NCBI GenBank assembly: GCA_038874135.1
Contig: JAVZCZ010000001.1
Coordinates: forward strand, 544,001 to 608,000
Length of the DNA: 64,000 bases
Origin: Candidatus Woesearchaeota archaeon
GTDB taxonomy: Archaea > Nanobdellota > Nanobdellia > Woesearchaeales > 0-14-0-80-44-23
Direction of reading: 5' to 3'
Under the pieces are notes generated by a model, which made no database searches, had not been told where the DNA came from, and saw only the letters and a program-made list of their open reading frames with translations. Position numbers and translations under genes: made by a program. This document shows, piece after piece, positions 46,624 to 54,709 of the stretch; within the stretch, counting starts at the first letter, position 1, and the number at the start of each line of letters is the position of its first letter.

Positions 46624-49600
46624 AGAGATGCAGGAATATTTTAAGAGTATAGAAAGAGAGCTCCTGAGAGCGTACGAGGTGGCGGGCCGCGCAAGAGCAA
46701 AAGGACTTGATCCTGAAAGGAAGGTGGACATACCTTTAGCAAGAAACATGGCTGAAAGGGTTAACGGCATAATCTCAGCAGCAGCCCCCTTTCTAGATGG
46801 AAATGCTCTCATTCTCAGAATAAAAGAGTTGGAAGCACAATACGGCGCATTGGACTGGAGAGTCGCCTTAACAATATCCTTAGAGGTAGCACAAGAAAAG
46901 TTTGGCAAGTTTTCCAGCAAGAAAGAAGCAATGGAAGTTGGCATCAGGACCGGATTTACATATCACACCCTGGGCATAGTTTCAGCCCCGCTAGAAGGAT
47001 TTACTGAGCTTAAGATAAAAAAGAGGCGCGACAACAAAGAGTACCTCGCAGCATGCTTTGCAGGCCCCATAAGAGGCGCTGGAGGAACTGCAGCAGCATT
47101 CTCGCTTATCCTTACCGACTATGTCAGGCAGAAGATGGGCTACCTTCCATATGATCCGGATCCAACTGAAGTTGAGAGATACATAATAGAATTAGAAGAT
47201 TATCATGAAAGGGTAACTAACCTGCAATACCACGCAACACCTGAAGAGTTAGAATTCTTAGTTAAGAACCTTCCAGTTGAAATCGACGGGGAGCCGACAG
47301 AGACCTTAGAAGTGAGCAAGAATAAAGACCTGCCGAGGGTTGAAACTAATAGGATAAGAGGCGGAGTTGCCCTAGTACTTTCAATGCTAGCGCTAAAAGC
47401 TCCAAAACTATGGAAGGAGCTATCCAAATGGGGCTCAGAGTTTGGTCTGGACGATTGGAACTTCCTTAAACAGTTCCTAGAAATACAGAAGAAAGCAAAA
47501 GCAGGCAGCTCCACCTCTGAAAAGAGCGAAGCTAAAATACTTCCAAACTACACCTTCATCTCAGACCTCGTGGCTGGAAGGCCCGTACTCACATACCCGA
47601 TGGCTTTCGGAGGTCTCAGACTCAGATACGGCAGATCCCGCCTCAGCGGCTATTCTGCAGCTGCAATTCATCCAGCCACAATGATCGTGCTTAAAAAATA
47701 TATTGCAACTGGAACCCAGCTCAAACTTGAACGCCCAGGAAAGGCAGCTTCAATAACTCCTTGCGATACGATTGAAGGACCCATAGTCAAGCTGGAAAAT
47801 GAGGATGTGATAAAGTTAAATTCTGTAGCCGAAGCAAATGCAGTTTCAGGACAGATTAAAGAAATATTGTTCTTAGGAGATATCCTCATCTCGTATGGTG
47901 ACTTCTTAGACAGAAATCATGTCCTTGTGCCAGCAGGATACACTGAGGAACAGTACGCGCGCGAGCTGGAAAAGAAAACTGTAGGGCTGTTCGGCACCAT
48001 GGACTTCAAAAAGCTGAGCGAACTCTGCGAGGTGAGTGCAGACAAGCTCCAAGCAATCTGCCAAAACCCGACATCCCAACTGGATGTAATTTCAGCATTC
48101 AAATTGTGCGCTTCAATCCAAATGCCGCTGCATCCTGCATATACTTGCTATTGGAAAGGAATTGGACCTGAGCAATTAAAACTTTTAATCCTGGCTTTCA
48201 GCGAAGCTGAAATATTTGAGGATTCCAGCTCAACTGAAAAGAATGAAACAAACCTAAAGGTTGTTCTCAAAAAGAAAAGAGGGGAGAAGCGCGCGCTTGA
48301 GCTTATAGGCCTGCCTCACAGAACTGCCCCAGAGAACATAGTGATAAGCGGTGCAGAAGCATTAGTGCTACTAAGGCTGTTTCCAGTGCTAGAAATGTTA
48401 AGAGCAGGTTTCTCGCAAGAGAGAATCGTTGAAGAAGTGAAAAGAGAAATTGGAATTGCATCAGAAAATGAAGTTCTTGAAGCTATTAGAAAGATTAGTG
48501 GGATTGAAGTGAGAGATAAAGCTGGAACATTTATTGGAGCCAGAATGGGGAGGCCAGAAAAGGCTAAAATGCGCGAGCTTACAGGAAGTCCGCACGTGCT
48601 GTTCCCGGTTGGGGAGGAAGGGGGAAAAATGCGTAGTTTCCAAGCAGCAGATTCAGCAGGGAAGGTCACTGCTGATTTTCCCCTCTACTTCTGCGAAAAA
48701 TGCAACTCTAGAACAATATATCCCGTCTGCGAAAACTGCGGTTCTGAAACCAAACAAAAATTCTTTTGTAGTGAGTGCGGCGAGCTCTCAACACCGCGCT
48801 GCAAACACGGAAATGCACGCCCATACTCTACAAGGTCAATAGACATATCCTACTATCTTAAGAAGAGCCAAGAGCATCTGCAGTTTAAAACAATTCCCGA
48901 CCTTATAAAAGGAGTCAGGGGAATGAGCAGCAAGGATAAAATTCCAGAGAATCTGGCAAAAGGAATACTTAGGGCGAAGCACAAAATCTATGTTAATAAA
49001 GACGGAACAACAAGGTATGACATGACCGAGCTGCCAATAACCCATTTTAGGCCATCTGAGATAGGTACGAGCATTCAAAAGCTTAGAGAATTAGGTTACA
49101 CTAAAGATGTTTACGGAGAAGAATTAACTAGACCAGACCAGCTGTTGGAGTTGAAGCCGCAGGACATAATTCTTCCAGGAGGGCGCTATTCTATGGATGA
49201 ATCTGCAGCAGAGGTTCTCTTACGCGTGGGAAACTTTGTAGATGAGCTGCTTCAAAGCTTTTATAAGTTGCCACCATACTACAATTTTAAGTCCAGAGAA
49301 GACCTAGTAGGACAGCTGGTTATAGGATTGGCACCTCACATATCAGCAGGAATAGTCGGCCGTATAATTGGCTTTTCTGACACTCAAGGGTGCTTTGCGC
49401 ATCCTTTGATGCATGCAGCTCACAGGAGGGACTGCGATGGTGATGAAAATTGTGTGATTCTCTTGATGGATGCGCTGCTCAACTTTTCAAGACAGTACCT
49501 TCCGGACAAGCGCGGTTCCAGAACAATGGACTCTCCACTAGTGCTTACATCAAAGCTGGTGCCGGCTGAAGTTGATGACATGGTGCAAAAGTTAGATGTC

Positions 49601-50185
49601 TGCTGGAACTATCCTCTTGAATTTTATGAAGCGTGTTCAAACTTTCAGCCGCCGGGTGCTGTTAAAATGGACATCTTAGGTTCAAGAATAGGTACAGAGC
49701 TTCAGTATGAAGGGATGGGCTTCACTCATGATGTGCGCGATATGAACGAGGGGGTAAACTGCTCGGCATATAAAACAATAATATCTATGGAAGACAAGCT
49801 AAAAGGGCAGATGGAGCTTGCAGAGCTCATACGCGCCGTGGACGAAGCAGATGTAGCGCGTTTAGTAATAGAAAAGCACTTCATAAAGGACATAAAGGGA
49901 AATCTTAGAAAGTTCTCAATACAGCAGTTCAGGTGTGTGGACTGCAACGAGAAGTACAGGCGCGTTCCTCTGGCTGGAAAATGCACCAGGTGTGGCGGAA
50001 AACTCATCTTTACCGTTTCAAAGGGTTTCGTCTTAAAGTATTTGGAGCCGAGCATAAGCATCGCTGAGAAGTATAAGGTTCCACAATACCTAAAACACTC
50101 TCTGGAATTAGTTAAGAGAAGGGTGGAAGGAGTTTTTGGAAAAGATAGGGAGAAGCAGGAGGGTCTTGGAAGGTGGTTCAGCTAA
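46592..50185 (+). CDS. polC: DNA polymerase D large subunit DP2
   Basis: GPIRGAGGT, RLRYGR, RMGRPEKA, GLAPH, RRDCDGDE, Zn fingers, C-terminal PIP box. Confidence 0.97.
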   Translation: MDEPSKREASEEMQEYFKSIERELLRAYEVAGRARAKGLDPERKVDIPLARNMAERVNGIISAAAPFLDGNALILRIKELEAQYGALDWRVALTISLEVAQEKFGKFSSKKEAMEVGIRTGFTYHTLGIVSAPLEGFTELKIKKRRDNKEYLAACFAGPIRGAGGTAAAFSLILTDYVRQKMGYLPYDPDPTEVERYIIELEDYHERVTNLQYHATPEELEFLVKNLPVEIDGEPTETLEVSKNKDLPRVETNRIRGGVALVLSMLALKAPKLWKELSKWGSEFGLDDWNFLKQFLEIQKKAKAGSSTSEKSEAKILPNYTFISDLVAGRPVLTYPMAFGGLRLRYGRSRLSGYSAAAIHPATMIVLKKYIATGTQLKLERPGKAASITPCDTIEGPIVKLENEDVIKLNSVAEANAVSGQIKEILFLGDILISYGDFLDRNHVLVPAGYTEEQYARELEKKTVGLFGTMDFKKLSELCEVSADKLQAICQNPTSQLDVISAFKLCASIQMPLHPAYTCYWKGIGPEQLKLLILAFSEAEIFEDSSSTEKNETNLKVVLKKKRGEKRALELIGLPHRTAPENIVISGAEALVLLRLFPVLEMLRAGFSQERIVEEVKREIGIASENEVLEAIRKISGIEVRDKAGTFIGARMGRPEKAKMRELTGSPHVLFPVGEEGGKMRSFQAADSAGKVTADFPLYFCEKCNSRTIYPVCENCGSETKQKFFCSECGELSTPRCKHGNARPYSTRSIDISYYLKKSQEHLQFKTIPDLIKGVRGMSSKDKIPENLAKGILRAKHKIYVNKDGTTRYDMTELPITHFRPSEIGTSIQKLRELGYTKDVYGEELTRPDQLLELKPQDIILPGGRYSMDESAAEVLLRVGNFVDELLQSFYKLPPYYNFKSREDLVGQLVIGLAPHISAGIVGRIIGFSDTQGCFAHPLMHAAHRRDCDGDENCVILLMDALLNFSRQYLPDKRGSRTMDSPLVLTSKLVPAEVDDMVQKLDVCWNYPLEFYEACSNFQPPGAVKMDILGSRIGTELQYEGMGFTHDVRDMNEGVNCSAYKTIISMEDKLKGQMELAELIRAVDEADVARLVIEKHFIKDIKGNLRKFSIQQFRCVDCNEKYRRVPLAGKCTRCGGKLIFTVSKGFVLKYLEPSISIAEKYKVPQYLKHSLELVKRRVEGVFGKDREKQEGLGRWFS

Positions 50186-50232
50186 AAGTTAAATACCAAG
50201 ATTTAAATATCTAACCCTAATTCACTTCTTAC

Positions 50233-50640
50233 ATGGATTATGAACAAATGCTGGAGCGGGGAAGAATTAAGATTCCCGAATATTTACTGAAAAGCGAGCG
50301 GTTTGAAATTCCGAAAGTAATGGGTCATATTCAGGGAAACAAAACTGTTATTAGCAACTTTAACCAGATTGCTTCAACACTAAGGAGGGATCCTCAGCAT
50401 CTATTAAAGTTTGTTCTCAGAGAATTGGCAACTCCTGGAGAATTCAATAAGACCTTACTAATTTTCGGCAGGAAGCTTTCAGCTCAGATGATAAACGAAA
50501 AGATAGAACAGTACGCAAAAACCTTTGTGATATGCAAAGAATGTAAGAGGCCGGACACCCAGCTCATTAAAGAGAAAGATATTACTTTCTTAAAGTGCCA
50601 GGCGTGTGGAGCTAAGTATCCTGTTGAAACATTGAAGTGA
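50233..50640 (+). CDS. eif2b: Translation initiation factor aIF-2 beta
   Basis: ERFEIP, GNKTVISNF, RELATPG, CKECKRPDT...CQACGA. Confidence 0.95.
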   Translation: MDYEQMLERGRIKIPEYLLKSERFEIPKVMGHIQGNKTVISNFNQIASTLRRDPQHLLKFVLRELATPGEFNKTLLIFGRKLSAQMINEKIEQYAKTFVICKECKRPDTQLIKEKDITFLKCQACGAKYPVETLK

Positions 50641-50641
50641 G

Positions 50642-50938
50642 ATGTTTATAAAAAAACACTTTACGGACAGGGGAATACTTCTTGCAGTAGCTGATGAAAA
50701 CCTAATTGGCAGAAGATTTTCTGAAGGTAAATTTGAGCTGGAAGTTTCAGAGGATTTTTATAAGGGCGAGCTGGTTTCTGAAAAAGAACTTGAAAAACAC
50801 ATGAAGCAGGCGTATCTTCTGAACATAGTTGGAAGCAGTTCAATAAGTGTAGCTCTAAAACTTGGGCTAATTAGCAAAGAAGACATTCTACTTATTGAAG
50901 GGGTTCCTCACGCTCAGTCCATTCTTATTTATGAGTAG
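50642..50938 (+). CDS. DUF424 family protein
   Basis: LAVADENLIG, FYKG, NIVG, GVPHAQ. Confidence 0.88.
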   Translation: MFIKKHFTDRGILLAVADENLIGRRFSEGKFELEVSEDFYKGELVSEKELEKHMKQAYLLNIVGSSSISVALKLGLISKEDILLIEGVPHAQSILIYE

Positions 50939-50941
50939 ATA

Positions 50942-50974
50942 AAAGAATAAGCCCGCATTTCTGCGGGCAAAAAA
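50942..50974 (-). terminator. GC hairpin between convergent genes
   Basis: GCCCGCA-N4-TGCGGGC at 50951-50968, followed by TTATTCTTTT on the minus strand. Confidence 0.55.
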
Positions 50975-51003
50975 TTCCACCCCCAAATTTTCTCGCCAAT
51001 TCC

Positions 51004-51450
51004 TCAAAAGCTGCTGAGGGCTATCATTGTAACAACCTTTTCAACGCCCTCAATACTTCTCAGCTTTTTGAGTATAAAATTGTTAAGCTGGCTTATGTTC
51101 TTGGTTCTGACTTTAATTATCATATCCTTTTCTCCCGTAATGATTGATACTTCAGAGACATTTTCCAAAGCCCTAATTTTTTCTGCAATTTTCTCTTGAT
51201 CTATCAAATGTCCCGACTCGCGCGCTGAGCCAATGTTTACAAGCACATAAGCCAATACGCCAAATCCCAATTTTTCATAGTCGAGCACTGCGGAATATCC
51301 TTTTATAATTCCAGCTTCTTCTAAATTTTTAATTCTGTGATGAACTGTAGTTATAGGCATTCGCGTCTTTCTGGCAATCTCACGGAGACCAGCCCTTGCT
51401 TCCCTCTCCAAAACAGCCAGAATTTTGAAATCTTTTTCATCTATCTGCAT
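51004..51450 (-). CDS. Lrp/AsnC family transcriptional regulator
   Basis: IDEKDFKIL HTH, RIKNLEEAGIIKGY, ITGEKD, IEGVEKVVT. Confidence 0.93.
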   Translation of the reverse strand: MQIDEKDFKILAVLEREARAGLREIARKTRMPITTVHHRIKNLEEAGIIKGYSAVLDYEKLGFGVLAYVLVNIGSARESGHLIDQEKIAEKIRALENVSEVSIITGEKDMIIKVRTKNISQLNNFILKKLRSIEGVEKVVTMIALSSF

Positions 51451-51497
51451 TTTAATTAAAAAATTTTTCATTATTATTTAAATTTTTTGTATTTTTT

Positions 51498-51515
51498 GAA
51501 TATTTTTTAATATTC
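51498..51515. promoter_or_regulatory. Candidate Lrp operator
   Basis: GAATATT-TTTT-AATATTC palindrome between divergent TATA boxes; AT-rich context lowers significance. Confidence 0.35.
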
Positions 51516-51558
51516 TTAAAAAAAGATTTTTATATTTCTCTTTACTTCTTAATTTCTG

Positions 51559-51639
51559 ATGACGCAGCGCCCGTTAATCTGGAGAGGGGTTATGAAAAAG
51601 AGTTCTATAAAAGTTAATGCTGCGTGCATTAATAACTAA
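51559..51639 (+). CDS. Putative 26-aa leader peptide ending Asn-Asn
   Basis: MTQRPLIWRGVMKKSSIKVNAACINN; ATG ~25 nt after TTTATATT; stop codon inside hairpin TAAAGCC-N6-GGCTTTA. Confidence 0.35.
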   Translation: MTQRPLIWRGVMKKSSIKVNAACINN

Positions 51640-51668
51640 AGCCAACCTCGGCTTTACCACATTTTCTA

Positions 51669-52079
51669 TTGCGCGGGGTGAGGAACATCCAAAAACCATA
51701 TCCTTTGGAAGGAGAATATTATGGAATAATATGCAGTGAAGGAAAACAGGTTAGCCTGGTGCAATTGGATTGTGCAACAGATTCTGAAGCAATGATTCAA
51801 GCAGAAATTCTGCTCAGTAAGGTTAGGAATCTTGAACAGATTATTAAATTTCCAAAGCTCAGTTATGCCCACGCGCTCAGATTACTAAACGAAAATTTAG
51901 GTGTTGAAGAGGAAGACTTCTTTACAGAAGGACTGATGCAGCTTAGCAAACTTTTCCAGCAGCCCTTTTTTATATGTGACATTCCGGATACGACCCAGTT
52001 TAATCTGCTCCTAGTCTTAGAAGATGCAACGCCGCTATTCATTTCATACACGACTGTAAGGAAAAATCAAAACATTTAA
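51669..52079 (+). CDS. Degenerate AsnRS-related fragment (possible pseudogene)
   Basis: FPKLSYAHALRLLNE...LSKLFQQPFFICDIP aligns by eye with FPRMRYDEAIKLLNE...LTSLFDTPIIVTHYP of the adjacent AsnRS; start uncertain. Confidence 0.5.
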   Translation: MRGVRNIQKPYPLEGEYYGIICSEGKQVSLVQLDCATDSEAMIQAEILLSKVRNLEQIIKFPKLSYAHALRLLNENLGVEEEDFFTEGLMQLSKLFQQPFFICDIPDTTQFNLLLVLEDATPLFISYTTVRKNQNI

Positions 52080-52132
52080 AACATTACAAGTTTAAATTAA
52101 ACAGAATTCCAATATTAAATGGGTGAAGCTGC

Positions 52133-53428
52133 ATGTCTTTCATTTCAATAAAAGAAGCAATGAACAAGGGAGAGGGCGTTGTTGAACTTAGAGGCTGGGT
52201 TTATAGGGAGAGAAAGAGCAACAGGTTTGCATTCATAGTGCTAAGAGATTCAAGTAACATAATTCAGTGTGTTGTTGAAAAGGACAAGGTCAGTCCAGAA
52301 GTTTGGGCTTCTGCCGAAGCGATAACAGTTGAGTCTTCCTGTGAGGTTAGAGGCAATATTCAGAAAGAGCCAAGAGCACCCACTGGATTTGAAGTTCACG
52401 TTTCAGATTTGAAGGTTGTACAGATTGCAGAACCCTTCCCAATAACCAAGGATAAAAGCCCGGAATTCCTAATGGATAAGCGACACCTCTGGCTGAGAAG
52501 CAGATACCTAACATCCGTGCTTAAAATAAGGAGTACGGTTTTCAAAGCAATACGAGAATACTTCTACTCCAAGGGTTTTTATGAATACCATTCACCCATA
52601 TTCACTTCAGTACAATGCGAGGGCGGTTCAACCCTTTTCAAAGTTGACTATTTCGGCCGTACAGCGTACCTAACCCAAAGCTGGCAGCTCTATGCAGAAG
52701 CTGGAATCTTTTCCTTGGAAAAAATATTTACAATAGCTCCATCTTTCAGGGCGGAAAAGTCAAAAACTTCTAGGCACCTGACAGAGTATTGGCATGCGGA
52801 GATGGAAGCTGCCTGGTGCGATTTTGAAGAATTAATAGGGCATGGAGAAGCTCTTATTAAGCATGTTGTCAAGAGGGTCTTAGAAGAAAATTCAGAGGAA
52901 CTAAAGATTCTTAACAGGGATCCTAAGCTTCTGATTCCCACCCTGGAAAAACCATTTCCGCGCATGAGATATGATGAAGCGATAAAACTCTTGAACGAGA
53001 AATTTAAGCTTAATATTCCCTGGGGTAAGGATTTGAGAACCATAGAAGAGGACAAACTAACATCCTTGTTTGACACGCCAATAATAGTAACTCATTATCC
53101 AAAGAAGATAAAGGCTTTTTACATGAAAGAAAGCCCTGACAATCCCGAAGTGGTTCTCGGCACAGACTTCCTTCTTCCAGAGGGTCACGGCGAAGTTATT
53201 GGCGGTTCCGAGCGTGAGTCTAACCTTGAAAAAATAAAAGAGCGCCTAATAGAGCAGGGCGAAGCGGTTGAACACTACCAATTCTATCTTGACACCAGAA
53301 GATATGGAAGCGTTCCCCACTCCGGCTTCGGGTTAGGTGTTGAGCGGCTGATAAGTTGGATATGCGGTTTGGAAAACATTAAGGATGCGATACCATTCCC
53401 AAGGACAATGCTCAGGTGGACGCCATAA
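52133..53428 (+). CDS. asnS: Asparagine--tRNA ligase
   Basis: OB anticodon domain, RHLWLRS, CEGGSTLF, YLTQSWQLY, FRAEKSKTSRHLTEY, GEVIGGSERE, HSGFGLGVER. Confidence 0.93.
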   Translation: MSFISIKEAMNKGEGVVELRGWVYRERKSNRFAFIVLRDSSNIIQCVVEKDKVSPEVWASAEAITVESSCEVRGNIQKEPRAPTGFEVHVSDLKVVQIAEPFPITKDKSPEFLMDKRHLWLRSRYLTSVLKIRSTVFKAIREYFYSKGFYEYHSPIFTSVQCEGGSTLFKVDYFGRTAYLTQSWQLYAEAGIFSLEKIFTIAPSFRAEKSKTSRHLTEYWHAEMEAAWCDFEELIGHGEALIKHVVKRVLEENSEELKILNRDPKLLIPTLEKPFPRMRYDEAIKLLNEKFKLNIPWGKDLRTIEEDKLTSLFDTPIIVTHYPKKIKAFYMKESPDNPEVVLGTDFLLPEGHGEVIGGSERESNLEKIKERLIEQGEAVEHYQFYLDTRRYGSVPHSGFGLGVERLISWICGLENIKDAIPFPRTMLRWTP

Positions 53429-53470
53429 ACCAAAAATTTAAATATGCCCCTCTTCCCCACAAGAACTAAT

Positions 53471-53543
53471 GGCTTCGTAGCTCAGTCGGTAGAGCGCCTG
53501 ACTGTTAATCAGGAGGTCGGCAGTCCGAGTCTGCCCGAAGCCG
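53471..53543 (+). tRNA. tRNA-Asn(GTT)
   Basis: GGCTTCG/CGAAGCC-G, CCTGA-CT-GTT-AA-TCAGG; T-loop TCCGAGT. Confidence 0.93.
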
Positions 53544-53643
53544 TCCTATTATTAACTTCTGACAGCCTATCTGAGTATAATTGAAAAGATTAATAAATGC
53601 CGCTTAAATTTAATGCTAATAACAAATAAAAGGAGGTTTTCAT

Positions 53644-54237
53644 ATGGAAAGCAAACTTTCAAACGAGTTTGTACTATCAGAAATCTTTCAATCATCTTAC
53701 GAGACAAAAAACAAATTCTATGAAGTTGCGGAGTTATTCGTAATAATTTTAGGATCCTTCCTGATTCCATTCGTATTAGGGCATCCTCAGCTGCTGGTTG
53801 GAACGCTAGTTAACTCTCTTTTAATAATATCTGCAGTGCGCATAAAGGATTATAAGATAATTTTTCCAATAATACTACCCAGCATAGCCGCACTTTCAAG
53901 GGCACTCCTGTTTGGTCCATTCACAAAGTATTTGTTGTTTATGCTGCCATTCATATGGTTGGGAAATCTGCTTCTAGTAATTTTCATAAAACTTATTGGT
54001 TTATATCTTGAAAAAGGAATTATAGCTGCAGGATCATTCGGTTCAGCAGTCAAAGCAGGATTTCTATTCAGCTCAGCATTTTTACTTTTCAAAACAGGGC
54101 TGGTTCCTAAAGCGTTCTTAACAGCATTCGGGATAACTCAGTTTGCCACTGCTCTGGCAGGGCTTGCAGTAGCATATCCCATAGTAAAGATTACTAGCAC
54201 AAGAAGGCGCTTTGTGAAGGGTCATGCAAGAAGATAA
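53644..54237 (+). CDS. Membrane protein, ECF S-component-like, first gene of hydrogenase operon
   Basis: About 6 TM segments; QLLVGTLVN, PFIWLGN, QFATALAG; overlaps hydC start. Confidence 0.65.
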   Translation: MESKLSNEFVLSEIFQSSYETKNKFYEVAELFVIILGSFLIPFVLGHPQLLVGTLVNSLLIISAVRIKDYKIIFPIILPSIAALSRALLFGPFTKYLLFMLPFIWLGNLLLVIFIKLIGLYLEKGIIAAGSFGSAVKAGFLFSSAFLLFKTGLVPKAFLTAFGITQFATALAGLAVAYPIVKITSTRRRFVKGHARR

Positions 54238-54709
54238 CAATCCGGATTTAATCAGGAACATAATCTTAAAATATAAGGACGAGCCAGGAGCACTTCTGCC
54301 GATACTCAAAGAAGTCCAAGATACACACGGATATATTCCGAGACAAGCAATGCTGCGTATAAGTGAAGAGCTTAAAGTTCCACTAAGCAAGGTCTATTCC
54401 GCCGTGACATTCTATAACCAGTTCAAAGAGAAAAAATCTGGAAAGCACACGATAAGAGTATGTCTTGGAACTGCCTGCTGCGTTAGGCGCTCAGAAGAAA
54501 TACTTAAAGCTCTTGAATCAACTCTTGGAATAAAAGAGGGGGAAACTGATGAGAAAGGCCTTTTTACTCTTGAGAGGGTAAACTGCGTAGGCGCCTGCAG
54601 TTTAGGCCCCATAGTGGAGATTGACGGCAAGATCTACTCTAAGATGAACCCCAAGCTGGCAAACAGGCTTATTCAGGAGCTGATAAAGAAAGAGGACTTT
54701 AAAAAATGA
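54224..54709 (+). CDS. hydC: [FeFe]-hydrogenase gamma subunit (NuoE-like, 2Fe-2S)
   Basis: VTFYNQF, CLGTAC, CVGACSLGP. Confidence 0.9.
   Translation: MQEDNNPDLIRNIILKYKDEPGALLPILKEVQDTHGYIPRQAMLRISEELKVPLSKVYSAVTFYNQFKEKKSGKHTIRVCLGTACCVRRSEEILKALESTLGIKEGETDEKGLFTLERVNCVGACSLGPIVEIDGKIYSKMNPKLANRLIQELIKKEDFKK

Noticed and set aside
46324-46944. 206-aa minus ORF and the many similar antisense ORFs in the track (e.g. 16035-16598, 36292-36771, 63475-63804)
   Set aside because: Opposite well-supported conserved genes; composition typical of antisense frames.
36874-50185. Inteins in MCM, Cdc6 or DP2
   Set aside because: Lengths are normal and conserved motifs are uninterrupted.
51555-51630. 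C/D sRNA or known riboswitch (begins CTGATGA)
   Set aside because: No convincing D/D' boxes at correct spacing and no riboswitch consensus recognised; kept only as a leader candidate.
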